Positions 22,901 through 34,640 of a DNA stretch of 64,000 nucleotides are shown piece after piece. Position 1 is the first letter of the stretch. Each line of letters begins with the position of its first letter. Under the pieces are notes generated by a model. The model saw only the letters and a list, made by a program, of their open reading frames with translations. It had not been told where the DNA came from and did no database searches. The stretch comes from Saprolegnia diclina VS20 (taxonomy: Eukaryota), in the NCBI RefSeq assembly GCF_000281045.1, contig NW_008246144.1, forward strand, positions 74,700 through 138,699, read 5' to 3'. Both the position numbers and the translations under genes were made by a program.

Positions 22901-25265
22901 GGTGACGTCGCCTGCCAACTACGGCGCCTACCTCCAGCACACGAGGCTCAACACCATCGAGGCGACGATTCGCGGTCTCCGACGGTCGAATGGCTGCGAC
23001 GCGCCATGGATCTTCTCGCCGTACTGCTACGTGGATATGCTCAAGCGCTGGGAGATGGCCAACTCGGCCACGCGCCAGTCGCGGTGTCTCAATATGACGT
23101 CGAACGGCGCCGTCTATCTCGAGACTGTGCTCCGCAACATTGACTTTGATGCGTTTCACATGTGCTGGGGCGCGGCCTTCGAAATTGCGGTCGCATCCGA
23201 GCTGGGCTTGTCGTCGGCGGGCAAGACATGGCTCACGACGACGACGTCAACGACAAAGCAGAGTGTGGACGACGAAGCAGCGTACTGGCGACAACATGGG
23301 GTACGAACATTTGATACGCAGTGGCAAAACTACAAGCAGCTCGGCGTACGCAACCAATATTCGATCACCAACGCTTTCGGCATTTCATACCCGCTCAAGC
23401 TGGTCTCCCAGGCCACCGTCGACCGCGTCGACCGTCAATCTACGTTCAAGATGTACTGGGCTTTGGCGAACGACCTCTCGGCGGTCGTCTCCAACGCGTC
23501 CGGCATGGCTGGCTCAAGTCTGATTCGATCGAGTGCACGCTATGCCTTTAGCAACACGACTCTAGCAGCAGTTTATATCACCAAAGGACTCCTATCCTCG
23601 CCACTGCCGCGCGCTTTCGCGCTCACGTCGTCCTTTCTGGGGCCGTTTGGGTCCATCGACATGGTGTACGTCGCGCCGCCACCGGTATTGCAGCGGCTGC
23701 TGTCATCGCTCATGGAGCACTCGCGGTCACCACTGACGGACAATGGGACGGCGCAAGAAGCCTACTACAACATTACGCCGCTTGCAATTTCCCGTCCGGT
23801 GCCAGCGACCTGGCTGCGAGCACCCTTCGACACGTACGGCAGCACCGTCCTCTGCGGCGAAATCTTGAGCGGACACAGTGTCGCCACTGGCATTGACAAT
23901 ATTGTGTCGTACGACGCTGTGTGCGTTTCCACGTTGGACGTGATTGCCAAGCTGCAGCCCACGAGACAACAGTACATCATTAGCGCCCTTCTCGCCGGTC
24001 TCGAGCGCGGTGGCAATAACGTCACAACGGTCTGTAACCATGAGCCGAGTTATCTATTAGCCTGTCAAGCGTATCTCAACGCCACGCTATCGTACATTAG
24101 CGCCTTCATGAGCGTCCCGACGACCTTATCGCAGGACGTTGCCAACGCGCATGCGCTCGTCCGCTCGCTCAACATCTCGCTCTTGTCTTACTCCAAACGC
24201 AATGCGACAGCGACGATGTATGTGCAGTCCATCAACCTTCTGGACCCGGCCGAAGACAATTTTCGTTTCTTTGCGTGGCTCTTTCTCTACGATTGGGTCG
24301 TCGGCCTCCGCGAAGTCGTCTCGTTTCAGGGCGACCTCAGTACCCTAACCCTTATCACCGACATTGAAGTGCCGCTGTCGCAGCCGACTCAGGCGTGGGA
24401 GATGCCAAGAAACATTGCCCGCTACCTCCGAGCCGGCGTCATGTACGTCACGGGTGTCATGATGGCGGTGGCTAGTCTCACGGCGGTATATATGGTGGCG
24501 AGTCGCAGCCACTTTGAGGGGTTGAATATGCTCGAGCTCGGTCGCGTCGGCGGCATTGTCTGGGTCGGTCGGCCATTTCTGTTTCTGCGGAGTATGACCG
24601 CCCTCTGTGTACTGTCGACCGCCTCGATCGAGTTGCAGTATTCAGGTTACATTAGCTCATTTGTAGCGGTGCGCGATCCATGGTACAAGACGCTCCTGGC
24701 CGTGAACGAGGTCACGTGGCTCATTACGATCGTCAACGACATTCTGCTTGTGATTACGGGCGACTATGCGGCTTACTATGCGATTCTCAACGGGTTCTTG
24801 GTCTATTTGATTGCTGCAGGGTTCACACTCTTGGCGCCCGTGACACCGCGCTTGTCGATCAATCTGCAGTGCTATCTCGCTCAAGTCGATGGAATGGCCA
24901 TCTGCGACGCAGGAGCGATTGAGATTGGCCGCCGTGATCGTCTCCTTTTGCTCGTGACGTTGGTTTTGGTCTCGCATGGCGTGTGCTATCTCGTGGTCAC
25001 ACAATGTGTCCGCGCCCCACCCACAAGCGCCGTCGCTTCGCTGTTTCTGACGTCGGGCGCCAAGTATCAATTTTGCACCTCGTCTTGGATTGTACATAAT
25101 GTCTACCATCTGGACCGCGCGTCGGCGGCACTTGTCGGGCTCTTGACGCTGCGATTTCAATCGAGAATGGTCACGCTCGACATCAAGACGTGGCGGGCAT
25201 ATGCCCTTCCGATCGACACAGACGCACCCGTCGCACTGGCCGCCGGAGTGCCCCTTCTCGACTAA
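19980..25265 (+). CDS. 1761-aa intronless multi-pass membrane protein made of two tandem ~870-aa modules; function unknown
   Basis: Uninterrupted ORF; motifs occur twice: NDxxxAxF, CxVD..EMA/EVA..RQxRC..NxAVYxExVLRN, GPFxxxD, WxFLxDWxxGxREVVSFQGD, RVxGxVWxGRP, DxKxW. Confidence 0.9.
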   Translation: MPAISIGVAPPTEQVPSTLHTRRQHGLAAVGLNYLLVSLSVGVWYLLLLAPSLTNDLWLAGFTPTGYEALLIDLLNAQLAVSGAGAFSLYGANATSTKLYNVSKPTTNVLPTYARTILFTELTSIEYAVRQLRSLSAKWSIRIDAHHCWVDFNQTFEVAHSVARQRRCRDLYASNAAVYMEAVLRNVVWSDFIAAWGGDNGYFTVAVQLALQETSRGQTFLDMVSVARDTTTPEQELIYWQRYGLRTFQLQWQSRWQASIVESIVLRNALGMQQNLVLKNLPQGTGPWTTGKLYWLPINDLIQPRRFKRSLVRGSARYFGANISTNLPAIDVEVMDGITLVPGQFANQSAVFRTVIGPFQGVDCIFVEPPRTLKALLKALHASQQRPGTLPPATVALTPLSWRRFTSFYGGNLMCMVLPQTTYVQQSFDFFDACTKPEPLAISMDPTALRLARAATSNLSIRDACRAASPASVCEVAVDDVAPLSISIELLASTTSSVMASDVGLMQYATAANGTWVVLRQSLLEPSFALFGWLFLIDWALGRREVVSFQGDVGTLTLISNVYAPQLYTTGTEPLQTATQILYYLVVATSVILVGVGSITLVYAIKTRCRFNGVNLFFFNRVVGAVWLGRPLAFLRGASAVLLLSSASVSLSTSSDGVSRFVASPRSWLATAVVTSEATWLTYVASDVLVLVTRQHTRPFSAIASLVSWLVLFLLEVSDPVQVTGTLQRACVGVDMDYGVACTSGVVSVGSLTRMATVGGIQAAGIAVSLSLSLMSATRTTRAGKGSEVEASLLLSSIAHVFLATESSSTRASIDHVSCVLAGLLPLRLWGKAYLFDVKLWLLIRDELSTVSHLAVLPRPVFATSTKRKAGPAVTSVVHYVPTAASSGLAHATKFLGLCYVASSIVGSISYLTISQVNLANDVFWATFNTTGAHAFFANWLNEQLVLGNTTMIDLPLDRPSINAMASFASQSAVVTSPANYGAYLQHTRLNTIEATIRGLRRSNGCDAPWIFSPYCYVDMLKRWEMANSATRQSRCLNMTSNGAVYLETVLRNIDFDAFHMCWGAAFEIAVASELGLSSAGKTWLTTTTSTTKQSVDDEAAYWRQHGVRTFDTQWQNYKQLGVRNQYSITNAFGISYPLKLVSQATVDRVDRQSTFKMYWALANDLSAVVSNASGMAGSSLIRSSARYAFSNTTLAAVYITKGLLSSPLPRAFALTSSFLGPFGSIDMVYVAPPPVLQRLLSSLMEHSRSPLTDNGTAQEAYYNITPLAISRPVPATWLRAPFDTYGSTVLCGEILSGHSVATGIDNIVSYDAVCVSTLDVIAKLQPTRQQYIISALLAGLERGGNNVTTVCNHEPSYLLACQAYLNATLSYISAFMSVPTTLSQDVANAHALVRSLNISLLSYSKRNATATMYVQSINLLDPAEDNFRFFAWLFLYDWVVGLREVVSFQGDLSTLTLITDIEVPLSQPTQAWEMPRNIARYLRAGVMYVTGVMMAVASLTAVYMVASRSHFEGLNMLELGRVGGIVWVGRPFLFLRSMTALCVLSTASIELQYSGYISSFVAVRDPWYKTLLAVNEVTWLITIVNDILLVITGDYAAYYAILNGFLVYLIAAGFTLLAPVTPRLSINLQCYLAQVDGMAICDAGAIEIGRRDRLLLLVTLVLVSHGVCYLVVTQCVRAPPTSAVASLFLTSGAKYQFCTSSWIVHNVYHLDRASAALVGLLTLRFQSRMVTLDIKTWRAYALPIDTDAPVALAAGVPLLD

Positions 25266-25400
25266 ACTAAAAGGTAAAAAAATGTGGTATACGACTCAAA
25301 ACGCCTTTTTGTGGTATTATGCCTGTGTGCGCAAGCGAGTGAAATGAAATCGCTACATTTGAATGCATTTAGTTGAAAATACTGTGGGACAAAGAGAGCT

Positions 25401-28400
25401 CTATACAGATTGAAGGGACGCGGCAGTGGTCGCAGCATGATGCGCCGTCGCGTTCACCACGAGCTTGTGCACGGCCTCGTGCATGTTCAACGTCAAAGGG
25501 TCGCCGTGGACGACCTTGATGGTGGAAAGGACCACTTGGGCCAGGTTGCCCAAGTGGTGGGTCGCGTCCGGGTTGTGTGCTTTTTCATACTCGATGGCGG
25601 CCGCGACCGTGCGCTCTTGGACGTCCGAGAGGTGCAAGAAATCGTCTCGGATGATGCTTCGCGCCAACTCGTACGACAAATTGGAGGAAATAGCCGGCGA
25701 GATCGAGGCTATAGTCCTAATATTGATGTTGTAATTGGCACGGTGGACAAGACGCAGCCCTACCGAAAGTCTTGGACGGCAAACGCATAGAGCTGGCACG
25801 ACTTTGTGAGCACAGTGAGCGTCGACTCGGTACGGTAATGCTCGTCAGGGCGGGCCAAGAGCGCATAGGCTTCGACGACAGCGCTCTCCCTGCAATTAAA
25901 AAATCAGACTATCAGCCTAGCATACACTGGAAAACGAGCAAAAATGGTGTACCCGAGGACGCGCGCGTTGCGGTTGTCCTTGTCGAGCTGCTCGCACTCG
26001 CCGTCCAGAATAAAGTACATTTCCGTGCCGGGGCTGCCGCTATGACAGACGCGTTCGCTTCGAAGCACGTACTGCGGCTTGAGCAGGAACATGGCGTAGC
26101 TTACAAACCCTAGCCCGCGTTGAGAACTGGTGCTATCTTGGCTGTGTCGTACCTTTGTAGCGCTTCTCCATACTGGCAATGATGCCAATTGTCATGATGG
26201 AGCTGGACGAGACGAGGCGGGCGACATCAAAGCGGAGGCTGGGTCGCAGCTGCCCAAAGATCTAGTCCTCGACCATGAGCCCACGCGGGGATAAAAAGAC
26301 GCAACTTTTTCTTCTGGAAAGAGGCACACGGTCGAGAGCAGGTAATCGTAGTGCCGCTTGACATTGGTGCTCAAGCGTACCGACATGGACGCGTCCCGTA
26401 CATAGTCCTATGGGTGGTATCCTAAATATGTACAACATTAACAAATTGTAGTACCTTCATGGCGTTGAGGCGGGAGCTGTACTCGCGCGCGCTCGGGTCG
26501 TAGTTGTAGATGACTTCGATGATGCCACTCACGACGTAGGCAAACACAGTCGAGTTGACGAGGAGGCAAATAATGGCAAAGAGGATCTCAGCAACCGAAA
26601 ATCGATAGGGCCGAATATCGCCATAGCTAGCACCATGTACAGAATGTCCTTTGGCCATGCAATCATGTACCCCACTGTGGCCATGGTGGTGAAGGCCCAG
26701 TAGATGGACGCAAGGTACCGATCGACTATCGAGACACGGTTCGAGCACAAGCCCGGGTCGGCGTCTTGGGGAAAAAAATATTCCGTGCACCACGTGCGGA
26801 GTCTACAATACACAAATTTCCAAATGGTCTATAATATCGCAAAAAACGCACCCGAGATCTTCCTCTTGGAGCATGATGAAGTGAAACATGCACCCGTTCC
26901 AGTGGCCAAAGAGCACCATGATCATGACGAGCTTCAAGAGACGCTCCGTCGACGGGCTCAGCTACACGCACAAGGCGGCGCTCAACGCTTTCCTTTTTGA
27001 ATAAAACGCACCTGGATCGAGTCGCGGAGGCGTTTAAACACCTTGCCGATCTTGAGGAGTCGAATGAGCTTGAAGATGCGCGCGATACGAAAAACGCGCA
27101 AAATCTTGGTCGACGCGAGTACTTGGCTCGAGTTGCGCTCCGTGATAAAGTAGCTATACAGTGCACACAATAAGACGCGGGCATTTCGGGTCGAACGCAG
27201 GACCTGCCAATCGTATCGATGGGCACCGTCGAGACAAAGTCGACGAGGAACCAGCCGCGGAGGTACGCGTACATGATGGTATTCCCATTCACGACCAGTT
27301 GACGCTCCATCGTGTAATACGCTGTCCGAAACGAAATGCCAATGTCCACAAAGAAAAGCGCGTCGACAAACAGGTCAAACATCAGCTCCGAGCCCGAGGG
27401 ATCCGAGTTAAACCTATAAAACGCGTTTTTTTCTCACACCCAACTACACAGCTGAGTATACCCAATGCGATACGGGACCATGATGGTAGAGTACATGATG
27501 GCCGTGGCGACCGAGAGTTGCCAGTTGACAAGGAAAAGATCTTGCGGATGGAACACCCAGTGCTGGTGCGCCATCTAGAAACACCGCACTCGTGAAACTA
27601 GGGGTAGGGTCCCGCCCACCTTGCGCTCGTTGGGGACAGACCGGACGAGCGGCTGGACACGCAGCACGGCAGCATCGAGCTGTTTTGTGCTCGAGATGGT
27701 TTCAATTTCGTCATCTTCCGAAGACGACGAGAGATCGTAGGTCCCGAGGTCCTCCATCAGCGGTTGGTCCTTAGCCTCAAAGCTCGCTCGGCGCGCCACC
27801 GCTGGTTGTAGATACATACCAGGTTTGCGAGTGAGCGGCAGTACGCGCTACATATCAAATTGCTAGCGTCGAGAGATACACCCGTGAACCTACCCCCGAC
27901 AAGGAGAACCGGCGGTGCCGGAGCCCGTTGGTGGACGACGGCTTGGTACCGATGTTGAACTCTTCGAGCGGTCCGCGCTTAGTCATATACCGCACTTTTT
28001 GGTCTCCCGTGTGCTCGAAATGGGCAAGAATCTCGGGCCATGTCTCCCCTAAATGCATATATGTGGACACATTGTCGTATGCACAACGAATATACCAATG
28101 TGCGAGATGACTTGACGCGATAGAAATGTGAGTTCGCAGTACGTCTTGGAGATGGCCGAGCAAATGCGAACACCGCGGCCGTAGCGCGGGTGGTACAGCT
28201 CGATTTCACCAAAGTGCATGCCTGGCGAGAGCGGAAGAAGCTGCGTCTCGCCCATCTGGCCCATGTACGCCTTGACGAGCACCGCGGTACCTACGCATTA
28301 TTGTCTAATTCCTTGGCTAGACATACTCAGAGGACAACCTTTCATAAGAAAGAAGACGTGGGCGGCAATCTCGTGCTGGGTGTAAATGCCTTCGTCTTTC

Positions 28401-29931
28401 ACGACAAAGAACGGGTGCATCGCGACCGCCATGTCGCTCACGAGCCCCTCGTGGAATTCAGAGAGAAAGTCGATGCGCGCAATGAATTTGCGCAGTACGT
28501 GGTGCAGCTAGTCGGGACAATATTGTCAATCTCGCCGTATGCATACTTATCGTGTTACCACTTCGTGCCGCAGGACGCTCGGCAGATTCTTGAGAATCGT
28601 ATCTTCGTCAAACACTGAGCGTTGGCGGTAAAAGTACTCGAAGTGATCCAGGATGCGCTTGCCTAGAGCCACACGTTGAAGAAGACTAATGAGAATCCCG
28701 AAAAAGGAGATATAGACCGATGGACGTGGGAATGCTGCGAGCAATGATGTACTCCTTCACGGACGTCATGCGCTCCGACTGCATGCGGCTGCTCGCATCG
28801 AGGTTGTCGACGAGCGCCGTGATGTTGCCGATCACGTAACCAAACATAACGACGCCAATGACCATGACGAACATGGCAATCACGATCTCGACTTTGGTCT
28901 TCGGGTCAATGTCGCCATAGCCCACCGTGGTCTAGCAATATATATTGGTAAACGCTAGATGCAATATGCGTACCATGGTCACAATAGCCCAGTAGAGCGA
29001 CGCGAGATACTGCAAATTTTGCTTGTGGGCGTGGTTGTCGGCCATGTAGCCGGCCGCCGACGCCCACGAATACCTATACGATCGTCGTCAGCTTCGCAAG
29101 TTGATGGAGTGATAAGGTCGACGTTGAGGTTGTTGCTGCGTAAAACCACACGCACGCGACGAGGTGCGCGAGGAAGAAGACGAAAAAGAGAATCTTGAGC
29201 AGCGACAGGAGGCTTTGGTTGACAAATACCTACCGCAGCACATATTGTGTATCGCCAGGGACGGCGCCACCGACCTCTTCTTCCCATTTGGCGATCATGA
29301 CACCAATTTTCCGAATGCGAGCGAGCTTGAGCAGCCGCACGAGCTTGGCACCGCGAAAGATGCGCGTCGTCATGAGCGCGGACGAGTTGTGGTTCGGGTA
29401 CATCCACGAGACGACCGTCGATATCGGCACGGTTGACACAAAGTCGATGAGGAACCAGCCCTTGAGGTACGCGAGCGCGATGTGCTGCTTGTTGTAGTAC
29501 ACGTGGCCCGTGCTCGGGTTCTCAATCCCGGTGCGAAACGAGCACATAATGTCGACGAAGAACGCGCAGTCGATCACAGTCTCGACGACCAAGAAGAGGC
29601 CGGTGGCGTCGATCGAGAAACTCACGCGGTACGGCACGACGGCCGTCGTGTACAAGACGCAGCACGCGAGCGCGAGGTCCCACTTGACCTTGAGGTCGCT
29701 CTCCGGGTCAAACATGAGCGGCGGCACGGCCGCGCGCCGGTACCGCGTCGTGGGCTTGGGCGGCACGAGCACGCTGAGGTTGTCGCGCACCTTGGCCCAG
29801 AGCTGGCGCGCGCGCTCGGGGCCCGTAAGGACCTTGGCCGTGCTGTTGCGGCGTGACGGTAGCGACGACTTGTGGCGAATGCGCTGCAACACCGACTCGG
29901 CGGACGAGAAGCGACGTGAGCCCGTGTCCAT
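25401..29931 (-). CDS. Two-repeat cyclic-nucleotide-gated K+ channel (2 x [6TM + pore + C-linker/CNBD]), multi-exon
   Basis: Two S1-S4 sets (WFLIDFVSTVP / WFLVDFVSTVP; KLVRLLKLARIRK / RVFRIARIFKLIRLLK), two TVGYGD filters (~28920; ~26670, split by an intron), two CNBD regions (~28450-28120; ~26100-25770). Confidence 0.88.
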
Positions 29932-30236
29932 GGCTTTTCACGAGTGGAAGATCCAAGCGTTTCGAGGATCGAGACGGTTTAGACAGGCCGTCGCCAAAGA
30001 TTTCCTTGGGAGATGCGCCAGCGATACCGGCGCCGAGCTCACAGAAGGACAAGGATCGACAAACAAGGCGTTAGTTGGTGCTAAAGTCCATGCCGGTGCT
30101 ACCCTCCTACCGATCGCCGGAGCGAGTAGAGACAGCGAAACGGTAGCGAGAAGCGGTATACCAAGTTAGCAAATTCCCCATCTGCGTACGCTTGGGCTGA
30201 AATGAACACGCCACAGCATTCGCCAAACAGCTAGTT

Positions 30237-31750
30237 TTATGTTAACGTGACATACCACGCCGGTCGAGTACTGCATGGTTCGTGGACTGGCGTCACGACA
30301 AGGCAAATCGAATCTGTTGAGTCCGCGTCGGTGCTGGAGTCGTCACGTGCTTCGGCCGTGGCCATGGCCTCGGTCGCCATGCTTGCCCAGTCAATGCGCA
30401 AGCAGCGCAGCCCAAGAAGGATCGTTTTCAAGGTCACTGCAATTGTCGACGCAACCCAAACGCCCGGGAGTCCAAGGTCGAGGTGGAGGCCGCAGTAGTA
30501 CGCCAGCGGCAGCTCGACGCCCCAGAGCCCGCCGATCGTCACGATTGTCACGAAGCGCATTTGGCACAGACCTTCGAGGGTCGTGACCAAGGCGACTTCG
30601 AGGCTACGCAAGCCACACGCGAGCACGAGCAGCGGTAGAACGTCCGTGTACATGATGAGAAGCGACGTCTCGGGTGTAAAGAGGCCGACGATCCGCGCTG
30701 GGGAGAGCCAAAGGCCCAAGCAGACCAGAGCACCCGTTAGCAGTAACACGGCGACGCCGCGCCTTGCACAGGCCCGGGCAGCCTCGGGTCGGCCACCACC
30801 GAGATGCGTCGCAAGGCCAACTTCCGAGGCGAGCCCGATACCATAGTAAATCGCATCCACGACCGTCCAGACGTTGCTCAAAATCGCATGGGCCGCCATC
30901 GCCTCGGTGCTGATTCTTGCTACCACGAGCGAGAGCGCGGCCGTCGCGAGCAAGTCACAGCCGTCGTTGAGACCGAGCGGGAGTGCGATTTGAAGAAAAG
31001 TTGTCCACCGTTGCCGCGTCAGCTCCGAGATCTTCCAGCCGCCCCACGCATCGCGGTGGAGCTTTTTGTACTCAAATGCGTAGAGGTACAGCGCGATCGG
31101 CTGGAGCCACGCCACGAGAACCGTCGCGAGTGGCGATCCATCAAAGCCAAGCTGGGCGACTTCAATAAGAACGTAGTTGGCGCCAATGTCGAGGCCGACC
31201 GCGACGACTGCATTTAGAGTAGTCGGCGCGACGACGCCCATGGCTTGGAGGTACTGGCGCAAGCAGACGTACGCGAGAAGCGGCCACATGCTCGGGGACA
31301 AGAGCGCGCCAAACCGGGCGCCCAGCGCCACAATCGCGCTATCATCCGATGCAACGCGCAGCATATCGTGGAGGAAGAGGCAGTAGATCGTCGTGGGAAC
31401 CGCGAGGAGGGTGACGAGGACCAGCGCCATTTGAAGCCAAATGCCCATGAGGATGCCGTTTTTGGCGCCGTACGCTTGGCCGCAGAGCTACAGGTAGAGG
31501 AGGTGACGGGATGCAGAGGCATTTTTTGTACCACGACGAGGGCGTTGGCAAGGCCCCACACGGTGTAGAGAGGGAAGTCGATCCAGAGCATCGCGAGCGA
31601 CGCGCCGGCGAGCTCGTTGGTACCAATGTGCCCCACAAAGGCGGCGTCAATGACGAGGAGGGAGAACCGAGCGACGTTGCTGAGCATGAGCTGGAGCGCC
31701 AGGCACACAAAGGGCCACAGCTCGGCGCGCGGCTCGTCGGTCTCACCCAT
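30237..31750 (-). CDS. MATE family efflux transporter (copy 1), one intron near 31493-31530
   Basis: IDAAFVGHIGTNELAGASLA, LCGQAYGAKN, LRQYLQAMG, HLGGGRPEAAR, GLPGVW, IDW. Confidence 0.9.
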
Positions 31751-32246
31751 GAGCAAGAAGAATCAAAGGAAGAATGGCGTCGCTCCATCGCATGCAAATC
31801 GTGGCAACGCAGGATATTGCTGGGGGTTGTGAGCTGGACACTATGCTATCGCTGGTGGATCTTTTCAAATTCTGTTGCACAGCGCAGTCTTTATAATGGG
31901 TGCAGCATCTTGACCGTGATGGTCCTTGTGAGACCTTGGGAATGATGTCGGCAGCAAAATGACAATACAACGTTGCTCTTGCAAGTAGTACCAAAGAGCG
32001 TTGGGGGGTCAAGGACCCTCGATGGTTTTGAGCAGGGGAATAACTAGTTATTTCCTTGGTTTTGAGCCACTTGATCGTTTGAGCCACTTGATAGATATAT
32101 TTTTCTGCAGCAAAGGATATTACACGTAGCAACAACCGAATCCAAAAGGTATAGATGTTAGTTCCACTGGTCATTTTGGGAATCAACTGACGCAGCATAA
32201 CGCAGTTGGACCGGTGTACTAGTATGTAACGAACGACCTTCCAGGC

Positions 32247-33826
32247 TTAGAGGAACGTTGCATACCACGAGTCATTTGACTTGTCGTCGTCCCACTCGTT
32301 CTCGCTGCTATTATTGGGGGTGGCGTCGGGCAGTGAAAGGACGTGGATCGAGCCGCTCTTGCGTTCCAGCACGAATACATCGTTGAGCTCAGTGCTCGAT
32401 TGTGTGACCTCGGCCGTCACCATGGCGTCCGCGACGGTCGCCGCCCAGTCGATGCGAAGAAAGCACACGCCGAGGATGAGGGCTTTTGCTGCGATCGCAA
32501 GCGCCATTGCAGCCCAGACGCCAAAGAGTCCATAGTCTTGAACCTGCCCGAGGTAGTACGCAAGCGGCAACTGCACGCCCCAGAGTCCGATGACAGTCAC
32601 CGTCGTCACAAGCCGCATTTGACGGTGGCCCATGCCTTCGAGCGACGTGGCCACGCCGATCTCGATGGCGTCAACGACCAGCGTGACCATGTACATCGGC
32701 AGCACGGTCTCGTAGATCGCGAGCAGTTTTTGGCTCGGAGTAAAGATGCCAACGACGGCCGCGGGCGTTGACCAAAGCACGAGACACACGAGCAGTGCCA
32801 CCACCAAGAGGACGCCAAAGCCAAACATTGCGCTCGTACGGGCGGCTCTCGGGCGGCCGCCGCCCAGATGCGCTGCGAGACCCACTTCTGCCGCGACGGC
32901 GACACCACGAAAAATGGCATCGACGACCATCCAAACGTTGGCCAAAATGGCTTGCGTCGCGATTGTGTCGGGGCCGAGCTTGGCCACAATGAGAGAGAGA
33001 GCGGCCGTGACGAGCGTATCCCAGCCGCTGTTGAGGCCGAGCGGAAGGGCCATGCGAAGAAACGTCTGCCATCGTACCCACGTGAGCTCCGAGAACGCCC
33101 AGCCGCCCCATGACGCTTTGTGGTACGCTTTGTAGACACAGCAGTAGCCAAAGAGCGCGATCGGCTGGAACCAGGACACAAAAACAGTGGCCAGAGGTGA
33201 CCCGTCAAAGCCGAGGTCGGCACCGTAAATCAAGAGGTAGTTGGCGCCAATATCAAGGCCGATCGAGACGACGCCGTTGATAGTCGTGGGTGTGACGATG
33301 GCCATGGCTTGGAGGTACTTGCGCAAACAGACGTACACGAGCTGCGGCCACACGCTCGGCGACAAGAGCGCGCCAAACCGTGCACCCAGCGCCACCACAG
33401 TACTGTCATCCGAGGCAAACCGGAGAAAGACGTCGACAAAGCCATAGTAGATCGTCGTCGGAATCGCGCAGACCGTGACAAGCACGAGCGCCATTTGCAG
33501 CCAAATGCCCATAAGAACGTAGTTTTTGGCGCCGTACGCTTGTCCGCAGAGCTACAGAGATGCACGCATCAGCATCGCATTGGAAGCACATGGACGAGTA
33601 CCGCAGTGAGGGCCGACGCCATGCCCCAGAAGGTGCAGAGCGGCAACTCGACCCAAATGGTCGCGAGGGAAGCACCCGCAAACTCGTCCGTGCCAATGTG
33701 ACCGACAAACGCCGCGTCGATCACGTAGAGGGCAAAGCGTGCAACACCTTCGATCGCCAGCTGCAGCGCCAGCCAGAGGAACGGCCAGAGCTCCACGCGC
33801 ACGCAAAAGTTGTCGTCAGGTCTCAT
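32247..33826 (-). CDS. MATE family efflux transporter (copy 2), one intron near 33555-33600
   Basis: IDAAFVGHIGTDEFAGASLA, LCGQAYGAKN, LRKYLQAM, HLGGGRPRAAR; same intron position as copy 1. Confidence 0.9.
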
Positions 33827-34640
33827 GGAAAACAAATAATGACGAGGTGCCTTCACGGTACGAAGAAAGTGTCGAGAATATGCTGTTTGCGTGTGGTTGC
33901 GAGGCTGCTGGATTTTTGGTGCACTGACAAATACGTGGTTGCTAGCATCGTGTGGACAGTGCTCGACCGAAAGTATCACAAAAGATCCAGTTGTAACTCA
34001 GGTGAAAGTTGCATACTGCTTCATGGTACTCGACCGCACGCTAGCCGCATCGCCTCCGCATCACCAGTACTGTGCTTCGCAAAGACGGGATGAAAAGGCT
34101 ACATATGTGGGTCGTCTCGGCATCGCATTGGACTGTCGAGTCGGCGTTCAGAAAATTGTTGTCCAAACGCTTCTGCCAACTGCAGCGTTTGCCAAGCCCT
34201 ACCCCTTGCACGTTACCAAACTATGAGCCCGCGAGCGATTGGAATAAGAGAACAATATACTTGTGCTAGTACACTATATATATGAAGGTGTTCCGCGTTA
34301 TCTTCATGATCACACGAAGACTTTGCAAACGTAGCGCTACGCCTGAATGAATGCGTGGGAGTTGGCACCAGCACTTGGTCGTTGAGAGCACACCCTATAT
34401 CGTTGGCTGCGTCTTCATTCCGCAGAAAACTCTCAGAGTACCACCAGCATCATGCGCATCAGCCCCATCTTTGCCGCGGCAAGCCCCAACTCCAACAGAG
34501 CCCAAGTGCAACTACCCCAGTACCATGTTCATGGTTGCAGCGCGTGCTGACATGGCGCTTGTTCTTAAATGTGGCATGTGCCGCACAAAAGAACCACCAT
34601 GCCACATTTAATACGTGGCCTGTCCCTTGAAGATACCGGC

